Position numbers and translations under genes: made by a program
Source of the DNA: Myxococcota bacterium
Lineage (GTDB): Bacteria; Myxococcota_A; SURF-8
Direction: 5' to 3'
Assembly: GCA_963674735.2 (NCBI GenBank)
Contig: CAXXQS010000002.1
Coordinates: 1,408,001-1,472,000, forward strand
Length of the DNA stretch: 64,000 bases
Notes under the pieces: model-generated
Database searches by the model: none
Told to the model about the DNA's origin: nothing
What the model saw: only the letters and a program-made list of their open reading frames with translations
Part shown: piece after piece, positions 30,510-41,200 of the stretch
How the letters are laid out: each line of letters begins with the position of its first letter
How positions within the stretch are numbered: position 1 is the stretch's first letter

Positions 30510-32494
30510 GTCTGGATCGTGAACGCCTCTTGGCGGATATCGAAGGTATTTTAGGTCCGGACGGCGTGCTTGAACAGCGTCTGGACGGCTTTGCCTTCCG
30601 CGAAGGCCAACTTGGTATGGCCCGCTTCCTCGCGAATACCTTATGTGATGGGCTTCCGGCGATGGTGGAGGGTGGCACGGGTATCGGTAAAACCCTCGCC
30701 TACCTGATTCCGACCCTTCTTTCGGGTCACAAGACCGTTGTTTCGACGGGAACCAAGACGCTCCAGGAACAGATATTCTTTAAAGATGTCCCGATGTTGC
30801 TTGATGCGGTGGACCTTCCGGTGAAGGTGACCTACATGAAGGGCCGCAGCAACTACCTGTGCAAACTGCGTTTCGGACAATTTGCCGCTCAGCGCATGTT
30901 CCGTTTTGCCTCGGATGGGAATTATTTCGATGCCATCGAGCAATGGGCGGCGGTGACCGAAACCGGCGACCGTGCCGAGTTAAGCGACATGCCGGATGAT
31001 TACAGTGCCTGGCAGGACTTGACCTCGACCTCCGACAACTGTCTGGGCAGTCGTTGCCGTCATTTCGATAGCTGTTACATCACGCGCATGCGCCGTCGAG
31101 CCCAGGAAGCGGATCTCATTATCGTTAACCATTACCTGTATTTTGCCGATCTGGCCGTGCGCGAAAATGAGTTCGGCGAGGTGATTCCGGATCACGATAT
31201 CGTGGTGATGGACGAAGCGCATCTGATGGAGTCGGTGGCGACTCAATATTTCGGACTGCGTGTTTCCAACCGTCTTTTTTTCTCGCTGGTGGACGATATC
31301 GGTCGTTGGAAGGCGAGCACAAAACTTATTGATGGGACGTTGGATGCCTTTATCGAAGAATTACGCATGGATGTGGCGCGTTTTTTCGAGCCGTTGGCGC
31401 AATTCGGTACACGCTACCGTTTCGATTCCGAAATGATCGACCCGGCGCTCGAAGATGCCTATGCCGATCTCGATAACCGGCTGGATATCATGGCTCGCCA
31501 TTTGGACGGTCTACCTGAAAAAGAAGAAGACGCCAAAGGCTTTGCCCATCGTTTGCGCAATCTCGCCAACAATACCGCCGCCGTTTTCGGCGAGCGCAGT
31601 CCCGAGTGGGTGTATTGGGGGGAAACGAACGGGCGCACGATTGCCTTGAATGCTTCGCCGCTGGATGTTGCGCCCTTGATGGAAAAACGCTTTTTTTCGC
31701 GTAATGTTCTGCCTCTGTTCGCCTCGGCGACTCTGGCGACCGGGGATTCGTTTTCCTATTTTCGCGAACGGGTCGGGTTGCCGCCGGAAAGTGTGGAAGG
31801 GGTTTTCCCCTCCCCGTTCGATTATCGTCACCAGACCCTGTTGTATGTCCCGCGCAGACTGCCGGAGCCCATGAGTGCCAATTTTCGCGTCAAAGCGGCG
31901 GCCGAGATCGAACGGCTGATCACCCTCAGCCGGGGAGCCGCGTTGGTGTTGTTTACCAGCTATGCCAATATGAACGACATTCATGCCCGCTTGGCCGGTC
32001 GTTTCGATTTTCCCTTGTTGAAACAGGGTGATGCGCCGCGAAACCTGCTTTTGGAGCAGTTTCGTGAATCGGTCGATTCCGTGCTGTTCGCCACAGGCAC
32101 GTTCTGGCAGGGTGTCGATGTGCTCGGTGAGTCGTTGCGTTTGGTGGTGATCGACAAATTGCCCTTTGAACCGCCGGGCGAGCCGATCAACGAGGCGCGC
32201 ATCGCCGCCATGCGCAATACGCAACGCGATCCTTTCAACCGTTACCAGGTGCCCAATGCCATTATCCAGCTCAAGCAGGGGGTGGGGCGTCTGATTCGTG
32301 ACGCGGGTGACTGGGGGGTGATTGCGCTTCTCGATCGCCGTGTGGTTACCAAGGGTTACGGAAAGCGCTTCTTGAAAAGCCTGCCTCCTTCGGTTCGTGT
32401 GGACCGCTTCGATCATGTGAAAAGCTGGTGGCGGCGCAAGGAAGGGATGGCGGGATTGGATGTGCCGCTCGAAGGCAAGCCGGATCGTCGCTGA
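30506..32494 (+). CDS. ATP-dependent DNA helicase DinG/YoaA family (Fe-S)
   Basis: GTGIGKT, KGRSNYLC, Fe-S cysteines, DEAH, SATL, FWQGVDV, DKLPF, QGVGRLIR. Confidence 0.93.
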   Translation: MSLDRERLLADIEGILGPDGVLEQRLDGFAFREGQLGMARFLANTLCDGLPAMVEGGTGIGKTLAYLIPTLLSGHKTVVSTGTKTLQEQIFFKDVPMLLDAVDLPVKVTYMKGRSNYLCKLRFGQFAAQRMFRFASDGNYFDAIEQWAAVTETGDRAELSDMPDDYSAWQDLTSTSDNCLGSRCRHFDSCYITRMRRRAQEADLIIVNHYLYFADLAVRENEFGEVIPDHDIVVMDEAHLMESVATQYFGLRVSNRLFFSLVDDIGRWKASTKLIDGTLDAFIEELRMDVARFFEPLAQFGTRYRFDSEMIDPALEDAYADLDNRLDIMARHLDGLPEKEEDAKGFAHRLRNLANNTAAVFGERSPEWVYWGETNGRTIALNASPLDVAPLMEKRFFSRNVLPLFASATLATGDSFSYFRERVGLPPESVEGVFPSPFDYRHQTLLYVPRRLPEPMSANFRVKAAAEIERLITLSRGAALVLFTSYANMNDIHARLAGRFDFPLLKQGDAPRNLLLEQFRESVDSVLFATGTFWQGVDVLGESLRLVVIDKLPFEPPGEPINEARIAAMRNTQRDPFNRYQVPNAIIQLKQGVGRLIRDAGDWGVIALLDRRVVTKGYGKRFLKSLPPSVRVDRFDHVKSWWRRKEGMAGLDVPLEGKPDRR

Positions 32495-32504
32495 GCGTTA
32501 GCGC

Positions 32505-32533
32505 TTGGCGCGGTTGCTGTCCTCTGCTACAAT
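32505..32533 (+). promoter_or_regulatory. Putative sigma70 promoter (extended -10)
   Basis: TTGGCG-N17-TACAAT with TG just upstream of the -10. Confidence 0.45.
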
Positions 32534-32583
32534 ACACGGCGTTTGTCTGGCATCCTGTCACGACGACCTGAAAGGGGTGTAAA

Positions 32584-33552
32584 ATGCCGAAAGAACCGGC
32601 GACCGCAAAATCCGGGCGAAGCAAAGGAGTGGCAAAACTCGTCGGGTGGCTGTTGGCCGCCGCGCTGTTTTTAGCCCTCGTTATTGCCGTGGCGAACTAT
32701 CGTTTTCCCGATTTTTTTACCCCGGAATTCGATGATAAAATCCCCGGTGACGCGCTTCTGGCCACCTTGATCGTCATGAGTGACGAAATGACCGAGCGCT
32801 GGTTGCCCAATGACGTGCTTTATCCGACGATTTTGCTCGATAATCCGCAACATTACCAAATGGGCGAACTGGAGGTTGTCCGCTACGGCGTGCGCGTGCT
32901 GCGTGATAACCTGTCACGTTTGAGAACCACCGACCGTATCGATGCCGATGCCGACGCCGCCTATACCAATTTCGCCAACGATCCCGAGCGCTGGGTGTTG
33001 CCGTCCGCCGAGGTGAAATTCGGTACGGGACTCAAGCACCTGCGCCAGTTTAGAGATCGGTTGAAGAAAAAGCAGGTCAATATCTACCCGCGCGGTGATA
33101 ACTTGATCGAATTGCTCAATCAACTCAATTCGCTGCTGGGCGGCGTGTGTACCCGATTATCCACCATTCCGTCCGACTACAGCGAGTTTTTATCCGAGGA
33201 AACGGCCGGTGATCCCTATACCGAAGGGGAACGGTCGGTGCGGGTGGACGCCTCGTGGTTCGAGATCGACGATCAGTTCTATTTCGCTCAGGGTGTGGCT
33301 TACGGCATGCGGCAGGTTATGCTCGCGGTGCGTTCCGATTTCACCGAGATCCTCAAAACGAAGAAGGCCACGGAGTTGATCGACAAAATCATTCACTTGC
33401 TCGGTCATACCCAGTGGGAGCCGCCCTATATGGTCATGAATGGAACGCCCGGTGGTTGGATTCCCTGGCCCAATGACGCCATGATGTTGAACAGCCGTCT
33501 ACAGGATGCCCGCCAGAAGATACAGAGTTTGATCTCGATGGTCGAGAACTGA
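32584..33552 (+). CDS. DUF2333-like membrane-anchored periplasmic protein
   Basis: N-terminal TM; WLPND..LDNP..YQMG, W.LPSAE, R.DNL and W.EIDD.FY.AQG pattern recalled for DUF2333. Confidence 0.7.
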   Translation: MPKEPATAKSGRSKGVAKLVGWLLAAALFLALVIAVANYRFPDFFTPEFDDKIPGDALLATLIVMSDEMTERWLPNDVLYPTILLDNPQHYQMGELEVVRYGVRVLRDNLSRLRTTDRIDADADAAYTNFANDPERWVLPSAEVKFGTGLKHLRQFRDRLKKKQVNIYPRGDNLIELLNQLNSLLGGVCTRLSTIPSDYSEFLSEETAGDPYTEGERSVRVDASWFEIDDQFYFAQGVAYGMRQVMLAVRSDFTEILKTKKATELIDKIIHLLGHTQWEPPYMVMNGTPGGWIPWPNDAMMLNSRLQDARQKIQSLISMVEN

Positions 33553-33666
33553 TGGTTCTTGCCGGAATCAAATGCGTTCTGTAACAAAATCTCGGTGGCA
33601 ACGTCTTGATTCCGTAGGAAGAAATCGATTCTCCAATCCGAGTGAGTCCCTAGCTTCAAGACCGGT

Positions 33667-33695
33667 TTGACTTCCCTTGCGGCCTTTTCTAAAAT
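33667..33695 (+). promoter_or_regulatory. Putative sigma70 promoter
   Basis: TTGACT-N17-TAAAAT followed by an AGGAGG RBS. Confidence 0.65.
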
Positions 33696-33719
33696 AGCCT
33701 TATCGTTAGGAGGCTTTGT

Positions 33720-34412
33720 ATGATGCCCTCAGGTATGGGCAGAACGGTTCTGTGGGGGGTTTTGTGGTGTTTTACGGCCACGACCCTGTGGACACTGCCC
33801 GGCGGTTCCGGGGCTTGGGCCCAAGCACAAACGTTTCGGCAGGAAACGGCTTCAGCAGCGGATGTCGATGCCGGGCAAACACCGCCGGCGCTCCCGGACG
33901 AATCCACCGATGCAGCGAAGGCGTCACCGAATTCCACCCAAACATCGATCGACGAACCGGAGGGTGAGTCGGCAGGTGGCCAAGCGGTTTCCGGGGTGGA
34001 AAAGTCGGAAATCGAAAAGTCAAGCAGCGATCAGGGCAGAAAACCCAAGCCTGAATCCGAGCTTGGGAAACAAACCGACTCCCAGCCCAAGCAAGCTCCG
34101 AAGAAACAGTCGAACACGAATCCTTCCCGAAAAAAGGCGAAAAAAGGCAAAGATGTTGAAGATGAAGGAAATTTCGTCGACCGCCTGTTGACCGTCGGAC
34201 CGACTAAGAAAAAGGATCGTTTCAATCTCGACTATGAACCCTCCGACGAACCGATCATCCAAAAAGACGACAGCAAGCCCGCGACTCCGTTTTACAAGCA
34301 TTGGTTGTTTTGGACGGTCATCGGGGTGGCGGCTTGCACTGGAACGGTTTTATTCGTGAAATACGGCGTGGATCATCGTGACAGCATGTCGTTGGAGGTG
34401 TCGCAGCGATGA
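33720..34412 (+). CDS. Secreted low-complexity protein with C-terminal aromatic/hydrophobic anchor motif
   Basis: Signal peptide (..AWA/QA), disordered S/E/K/P-rich middle, PFYKHWLFWTVIGVAA tail; AGGAGG RBS. Confidence 0.7.
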   Translation: MMPSGMGRTVLWGVLWCFTATTLWTLPGGSGAWAQAQTFRQETASAADVDAGQTPPALPDESTDAAKASPNSTQTSIDEPEGESAGGQAVSGVEKSEIEKSSSDQGRKPKPESELGKQTDSQPKQAPKKQSNTNPSRKKAKKGKDVEDEGNFVDRLLTVGPTKKKDRFNLDYEPSDEPIIQKDDSKPATPFYKHWLFWTVIGVAACTGTVLFVKYGVDHRDSMSLEVSQR

Positions 34413-35926
34413 TGAAACGCTCAGTGTTAAGGGCTTGTATTCTGTCGATAATTGCCGCATCGCTTCTAATGGCCTGCAGTGACGGCAAGCATTACGATAT
34501 TGGATTGGAATTGGTAACGCCGATCGATCAAGACCCTTTTCAGTCGATGAAACGGCTGACTTTTACCGTGACCAACGCAAGCGATTCCGACAAGCAGAGC
34601 GTGTTTCCTTACGAGCCGGATGGCGGATTCAGCGATCTCGAACTTTCGTTAAGCGATATCGATTACTATCCTGAATTCACGGTATTGGTTGAGGGACGCG
34701 ACCCGGAAGAAACCCTGCTGGCGCGCGGCGCTACGGGGATTTTGGCGGCGCAGACTTTCGACGGAAGTAGCTTCGCCGTCTATTTCGCGCGTACAGGTAC
34801 GATTTCGTCACCACCGGCACAGATGCTGCATCCTCGCGCGGGTGTACGCGTCGCTTCTCCGAATGATTTCGATGTCTTGATTGTTGGAGGTGCGGGGCGC
34901 CTGCCGGACGGAACCTGGCAGGACACCCTGGGGCAGATCGCGTATTTTACCCCGCCGTTATGCAAAATGGATCTGTTGATGAACGACGATGATATCTTCT
35001 ATTTGAACAACGGGATGATCGGCCACACGGCGACGCCGCTCGACGGATCGTCGGTCTTGGTGGCGGGTGGGTATGCGCTTGGGGGAGAAGAAGCGACCTG
35101 GCTGGAACAACCGGTGATTTTAAGCTCGGAAGAATCCGATATCCGGGTGGAAGTCGGCGGCGATGCGGTTCTATCCCCGCGAATTCGCCATCAGGCCTCG
35201 CTTTTATTGGCGGAAGAGCGCGTTTTGCTTTCGGGAGGTGAAAATCCGGAGGGAGCTCGCTTGGATGGTGCGTTCTACGTTGATTCGACATCGCACAGCT
35301 TGAACCGGGCCTTTTCTTTGAAGACTCCGCGAGCCGGGCACACCCAGACCGTTGTCACCGATCAACTGCAAACCTTCGTGGGTGTTCTGTTTTACGGGGG
35401 GCAGGCGGCTGACGAGTCCAGTGCCGAATGGTTGGAAGCGGGTGCAAGCCAGACGCGTTTGGTTGCCGATGCTCCCGATGAAAGCCGCCTGGGACACGCC
35501 GCCGTGTCGCTGTATGACGGTCGGGCACTGGTGCTGGGGGGGCAGGTCGAGGGTGACGTTCGTTCCGACGGCGTGGTGGTGAACCCGGCTTGTCTCGACG
35601 ATTCCGATTGTGCGGCGATCAAGCGCATTGAGGGGCTGCTTGCAACTCCGCGCTACGACTTCACGCTCACACCGTATTCCACTCGCTATCTGTTGGCCTG
35701 CGGAGGCCGTGGAGCGGAGGGCGTCGTGCTGGATGATTGCGAGATCATCGATACGGAAAATCTTGGCGAAAGCCAGCCTTTCGACCCCATTGTGATGGTG
35801 CATGCGAGAACCGACCACGACGCGGTTTATTTGCCGGATGGAACCGTGATGCTGGTTGGCGGTTTCAATGAAGAACAAGGTGCGCTGGACGCGGTAGAGA
35901 TTTTCGTTCCACCGGTTGCTGACTAA
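34409..35926 (+). CDS. Kelch-repeat beta-propeller lipoprotein
   Basis: Lipobox LMAC; repeated R.xH.xT.xL.DG.VLV.GG kelch blades; ATGA overlap with the upstream gene. Confidence 0.85.
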   Translation: MMKRSVLRACILSIIAASLLMACSDGKHYDIGLELVTPIDQDPFQSMKRLTFTVTNASDSDKQSVFPYEPDGGFSDLELSLSDIDYYPEFTVLVEGRDPEETLLARGATGILAAQTFDGSSFAVYFARTGTISSPPAQMLHPRAGVRVASPNDFDVLIVGGAGRLPDGTWQDTLGQIAYFTPPLCKMDLLMNDDDIFYLNNGMIGHTATPLDGSSVLVAGGYALGGEEATWLEQPVILSSEESDIRVEVGGDAVLSPRIRHQASLLLAEERVLLSGGENPEGARLDGAFYVDSTSHSLNRAFSLKTPRAGHTQTVVTDQLQTFVGVLFYGGQAADESSAEWLEAGASQTRLVADAPDESRLGHAAVSLYDGRALVLGGQVEGDVRSDGVVVNPACLDDSDCAAIKRIEGLLATPRYDFTLTPYSTRYLLACGGRGAEGVVLDDCEIIDTENLGESQPFDPIVMVHARTDHDAVYLPDGTVMLVGGFNEEQGALDAVEIFVPPVAD

Positions 35927-35964
35927 CAAACCGACGGTTTTTTTCTGTGTGCTGAGGAGTCCTG

Positions 35965-36573
35965 TCAGGCTTGTAGTAGGCTATCGGCCAGATTGTTTCC
36001 CGCCTCACGAAGTTTGTCGGCTTTCACTTTAAATTCAGCCGCTTGCGGGTCTGCGCCAAGCGCTTCGAGATTGATGGCCACGTTGTGGAACGCGCCTTCC
36101 AGAGCACTTCGCGCGCATAGAATACCCACCGAGATATCCGATGCGCAATTCGGGTTGCCTTTCTCGCGGCCGATGGCGAGAAGCTTCATTGCCTCCACCG
36201 CATAGCCCATGGTTTCCAGAGGAATACGTGTTGCGTCGATCGTGGCCAGACGGATGGCGTTTTTGCGGATTTGTTTCTGCTCGTCACTGTCCTTGGGGAG
36301 CTTGAAGGCGCGCATGACGTCCAGATAGACTTGGGAGTCGCGATCGACCAACACGAGCAGGTATTCGGCCAGCGCCTTCGCTTCGGCCTGCAGCGCCGCC
36401 ATTTCCTCCTGCACGTCGGCATGTTTCTTTTTGCCGAGCGTGAGTCCGGCTACCATGCAAGCCAAGGCGGCGGCCATCGCGCCGGAATAGGCGGCAACGG
36501 ACCCTCCTCCTGGAGCGGCGCTGTTGTTGAGTATTTCGGTAATGAAGTCACGCGCGGATTTATCCATCAACAT
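35965..36573 (-). CDS. Formiminotetrahydrofolate cyclodeaminase/cyclohydrolase family
   Basis: APGGGSVAA, L..MVA.LT.GKK, GNPN..SD, NV.INL. It has its own RBS (AAAGGA) before ATG 36573. Confidence 0.88.
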   Translation of the reverse strand: MLMDKSARDFITEILNNSAAPGGGSVAAYSGAMAAALACMVAGLTLGKKKHADVQEEMAALQAEAKALAEYLLVLVDRDSQVYLDVMRAFKLPKDSDEQKQIRKNAIRLATIDATRIPLETMGYAVEAMKLLAIGREKGNPNCASDISVGILCARSALEGAFHNVAINLEALGADPQAAEFKVKADKLREAGNNLADSLLQA

Positions 36574-36598
36574 CTCGGCGGTCCTTTGTCGGTGAGGA

Positions 36599-37642
36599 TC
36601 AGAGGCTATCAAGGCGGGCTTCGATGACCTTTTCCTGTAGCTTGAACGGATACAAATCGGAAAGCCCCAGTTTTTCGGCTCCGTATGCAACTAAATCTTG
36701 TGAGCTTGGTTGATCGGATCCTGTTTGCTTTTGAGAAAAATAACGACCTGCCAAGCTGAGCGCTTCTTCGGGAATCAAGCCCACAACCTCGCTGCCGGTC
36801 ACCTGCGTTCCCAGTTCTTTCGCCAAGTTGCAGCACTCTTCATAAGCCACATGGGGAGGGGTGATGTGGAAATCTGTGAGGTTCATGGATACCTGCACGA
36901 TACCGTGATCCGGCATCGCCACCCCCAGAGCTTTGACGTGCTTGAGTTTACCGGGGATGCGAAGGGTTTTCCCGTTTTCATCCACCATTTTCCGTCCCTG
37001 TGCATCCCGCCGAACACATCCGCTCTCCCGCAACGCGCCCGCGATCGTGTTGGCGATGGCGAGGTCATCGGTGGCCAGATTGACGTTGTAGGCGATTAAA
37101 AACTGACGTGCACCGGTAATGGTGGCTCCGCTTTTTGCATTGAAGTGCCGTGGGCCGAAATCGGGCTGCCAGAGCGGATCTTGCAATTTCCGTTCAAGCC
37201 CTTCGTATTCGCCTTTGCGCACCTGAGCGAGATTGCCACGTTCCGGTCGGGTCGCGGCTTTTTCGTATAGGTAAACGGGGATATCGAGCTCACGCCCCAC
37301 GCGTTCGCCGTATTGCCGGGCACAGGCGATGGCGTCGGCCATGCTTGTGCCTGAAACGGGGATGAACGGAACCACGTCGGTGGCTCCCAGGCGTGGATGT
37401 CCGCCTTTATGTCGTGTCATATCGATGGCTTCAGACGCGATGCGTGTGGCGGCGAAAGCCGCTTGAACGACTGCGCCCGGATCGCCGACGAAGGTGACGA
37501 CACAGCGATTGTAATCGCCATCCGGTTCGACGTTCAGCAGCGTGGCGCCGGGTGTTTGCGAAACCGCCTTCGCCAAAGCGTCAATCGTGACTTGGTGACG
37601 CCCTTCGGAGAAATTGGGCACGCATTCGATGATTGGCCGCAT
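36599..37642 (-). CDS. ftcD: Glutamate formimidoyltransferase
   Basis: IECVPNFSEGR, HPRLGATDVVPF, GARQFLIAYNVNL, QVSMNLTD, GSEVVGL. Confidence 0.92.
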   Translation of the reverse strand: MRPIIECVPNFSEGRHQVTIDALAKAVSQTPGATLLNVEPDGDYNRCVVTFVGDPGAVVQAAFAATRIASEAIDMTRHKGGHPRLGATDVVPFIPVSGTSMADAIACARQYGERVGRELDIPVYLYEKAATRPERGNLAQVRKGEYEGLERKLQDPLWQPDFGPRHFNAKSGATITGARQFLIAYNVNLATDDLAIANTIAGALRESGCVRRDAQGRKMVDENGKTLRIPGKLKHVKALGVAMPDHGIVQVSMNLTDFHITPPHVAYEECCNLAKELGTQVTGSEVVGLIPEEALSLAGRYFSQKQTGSDQPSSQDLVAYGAEKLGLSDLYPFKLQEKVIEARLDSL

Positions 37643-37689
37643 AAGAAACCTTGATAACGAAATCGACCCTGTTCAGACCCTTGATTCGG

Positions 37690-38214
37690 CTAGAAATCGA
37701 GTTTCACGATGCCGCTCAACAGACTGTTGATGACGTTGAAATGGCTGACGCGCACTTTGCCGGTTTCGCGAATCCGCTGTTCGGATTCCAGCTTCACTTT
37801 TTGAGCAAGTTGCTCGTAGTGGCTGCGGTTTTTCTCCATTTCGTCCATCCACTGTTCCCGGTAAACCTGTACTTTATCGAGTTCTCCCGGGTCCAGCCAG
37901 ACTCCGTGTCCATCCGGACAGCGATCGATGATGATGTTGGAACTATACTGATAGTTGGCGGGTGTCATGTCTTTTTGGCATTTGGGACACACCACCTTAC
38001 GCGCGATTTCGGCCGCCGGCATGGCGTGGCTTTGTTTGACCAGGGCGTTTAGCTCATCCACTGTTTTCTGGTCGAAGGTTTCTTCGCGTTTTTTCACGAT
38101 TTTTTCAAGTTCACCGGCATCGAGCCAGATGCCGTTGCATCCCGAACAGACATCGATTTCAACGCCTTCGTATTGGATGGTTTCCATCCCCGCACCGCAA
38201 CTCCCGCATTGCAT
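37690..38214 (-). CDS. Double zf-TFIIB-type zinc finger protein
   Basis: Two CxxC..ID.CxxxxG.WLD.GEL modules; GGAGG RBS before ATG 38214. Confidence 0.85.
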   Translation of the reverse strand: MQCGSCGAGMETIQYEGVEIDVCSGCNGIWLDAGELEKIVKKREETFDQKTVDELNALVKQSHAMPAAEIARKVVCPKCQKDMTPANYQYSSNIIIDRCPDGHGVWLDPGELDKVQVYREQWMDEMEKNRSHYEQLAQKVKLESEQRIRETGKVRVSHFNVINSLLSGIVKLDF

Positions 38215-38284
38215 GTCGGTTTCCTCCCACGCAAGTGTCAAGCAAATTGTTGGTTCCTATCTTCACTCGGATTTTGTGTATCTG

Positions 38285-41200
38285 TCAAGCTTTACGACGC
38301 CAACCCCAAAGAAGACCCATCATCATGGTGAACAACCAGGCTTCGGTGGCGAGGGTTCCGCTGTGATTGCAGTCGCAACCTTCCAGGTCCAGATCGAGTT
38401 CCGAATCGGCCAGATCGAAGTCCAGATCTCCATCGATGAGCGAACGATCCCCGTCCGCCGCTTCCAAAGTATCGTCGTCCGTGTCGCCGTCCGCGCCGTC
38501 TTCTTCCGCCGTGTCGTCATCGGTGCGATCGTCATCGCTCTGATCGATCAGGTCATCATCGATATCGCCATCCGGCTCGTCGTCGGCGTCTTGCTCCGCT
38601 TCGTTATCCCCGTCCGTCAGGAGGTCGTCATCGTCGTCCTGATCGCCATCGGGAAGATCGGCTTCCTCGTCGCCGTCGATATCGCCGTCGACATCGGGTG
38701 GGACGCACTCGCCGTTTCGGCACACATACCCCGTGCTGCAGGGCGTATCGTCGGGAACGGGGGTCGTGACACATCCCTCGGTGGCGCTGCAGGTGTCGGT
38801 GGTGCAGGCGTTGAAGTCGTTACAGGCGTCGTCATCCGGCGTATGCATGCAGGCTTGCTCCGTGGTGTCGCAGGAATCGATGGTGCAGGCGAAGTCGTCG
38901 CGGCAGTCCGGCGGATCGCCCGCCACACAGCCAAGGAAGGGCTCGCAGGTGTAGATCGGATCGCAGAACGCAACGCCGTCATTGCAGGCGGCATCGTCCA
39001 GCTCATATTGGCAGTGCCCTTGAGCGTCGCAGGTATCCGTGGTACAGGCGGCCTCGTCGTCGCAGTCTTCGTTTTGGATACAGTCGGGGACGCAGATGCC
39101 GTTCTGGCAGCTTTCCACGAGTTGCGGGTCGACATCGCAGACCGTATCATCCGCTTCGAATTCATCCACGCAACCGGTGGAGACGTCGCAGGTGCTGGTG
39201 CTGCAGGGGTCGCCGTTATCGCAGGCCTCGTCGTCGGGGGTGAAGACACAGTCTCCGGCGTTGTCGTCGCAGCTGTCTTCGGTGCAATCGAGTTCATCGT
39301 CGCAAATCGGCGGGTCCAGGCGATAGCAGCCATCGGTTAGCGAGCAGCGTTCTTCACCGTTACAGAAACTGTTGTCGTCGCAGAAGGCGTGGTCGGGTTG
39401 ATGGCTGCACTGATCGTCGGTTTCATTGCAGTTGTCCGTGGTGCAGGGAATCTCATCGTCGCAAGGATCGGATCCGCCGATGCAACCGGCGGCATCGGCA
39501 TTGGAGTCGTCGGGGGCGCAGCGTTCGGCTCCGTTGCAGTATTGGCCGTCGCTGCAGCGGTCCGACATGGGGGTGTTGACGCATTCGTCGGAGATTTCGA
39601 TACATTCATCCAAGGTGCAGGATGCCTCGTCTTCGCAAGGATCGTCGCCGGGCACGCAACCGTTATTGTCGGCATTGACATCAGAGGGGTTGCAGGTTTC
39701 GATTCCATTGCAGAACAACGTATCGGCGCAGGCGGCATCGGAGGGTGTATGCGTGCAGGTATCTCCTTCTTCGTCACAGTCATCCTGGGTACAGGTATAG
39801 CTGTCGCTGCAATCCGGAGGCGTTCCGACGATACATCCGGCACCATCCGCGGACAGCTCAGCGGGACGGCAAAGCTCGACTCCGTTGCAATAGAGCGTAT
39901 CGGCGCACAGGCTGTCGTCGGGGGTGACGATGCACTGGTCGTTTGGTTCGTCGCAGGTGTTGACCGTGCAGGCGAAGTCGTCGGTGCAGGGCGATACACC
40001 CGGGAGACAGCCTTGCGCATCGGCGTCGATGTCTTCGGGATCGCAGATTTCATCTCCGTTGCAAAAGGATGAGTCGGCGCAATTCAGATCGACGGGATCG
40101 AAACGGCAGTCTTTGCTACCTTCGTCACAGACATCGTGGGTACAGGCGATTCCATCGCTACAAACGACCACATCGCCTTGCAGGCAGCCATCCGCTCCGG
40201 CACTGGGATTTGTCGGATCGCATGTTTCGACGCCTGAGCAATAAAGACCGTCATCGCAAGCCAAGTCGGATGGGTCGAATACGCATTGATCCAGTTCGCT
40301 GTCGCAGCGATCCGTGGTGCAGGCGATCAGATCGTCACACACGACCGGAACTCCGGGGGCGCAGCCTTGTTCATCCGCCTCGTTGTCTTCCGGGTCGCAG
40401 ACTTCGACGCCATCACAGTAGCGGTCATTGGCACAGCGGGAATGGACCGGATCGTGAACACAGATATCCTCGGTTGTATCGCAGGAATCCTGGGTGCAGT
40501 CCAGATCGTCGTTGCAGGAGCGCAGGGGGCCGGGAATACAGCCGTTGGAGTCGGCCGACAAGTTGGAGGGTTGACAGATTTCATCTCCGTTGCAGAACAC
40601 CGCATCTCCGCATAGCGGATTGCTGGGAGTGTGGCTGCACTGGCCGTCCGTACAGGCGTCGACCGTACAGGCGATGTCGTCGTTGCAGTCTTCAGCGCCA
40701 TCGCAGGGGGTGACGCACAAACCGTCGTCGCAGACCTTTTCACCTTCGCAATCTTCATTGTCGCTGCAGCGCGGGACACATTCGCCGGTATCGCAGATCT
40801 CGTCGATGCCCGGCTCGATGTCGCAGACGGTGCGATCGGGACGGTCTTCGGTTAGGCAACCGGCTTGGGCATCGCAGCCGATCAAGGTGCGGCAGGGACC
40901 GGGATCGGGACAGTTTTCGTCGGATGGTGTGTTGTCGCAGGAATCCGTGCTGTCGTTGCAGGTGTCATCGGTGCAGTCGACGCCGTCGCTGCAGTCCACG
41001 TCCTGACCCGGTTGGCAGTCGTTAAGGACATCACAGGTTTCGATTCCGTTGCACCAGAATTCATCTCGGCAGGCGCTGTCGTCGGGTTCGTTGACGCAGA
41101 GCGCTTCGCCGTTGTTCTCCGTGCAGGTGTCGAGGGTGCAACCGACTCCATCCGCGCAATCGACCGGCGTCCCCGAGACGCAACCGTCTGCCACAATTTT

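Noticed and set aside
35928-35944. AAACCG-A-CGGTTT plus T-run as a terminator after the kelch gene
   Set aside because: The stem is short and weak and the loop is too small. Possible but not supportable.
36573-36690. Frameshifted FTCD fusion gene
   Set aside because: The transferase ends cleanly at TGA and the cyclodeaminase has its own RBS and ATG, so this is an ordinary two-gene arrangement.
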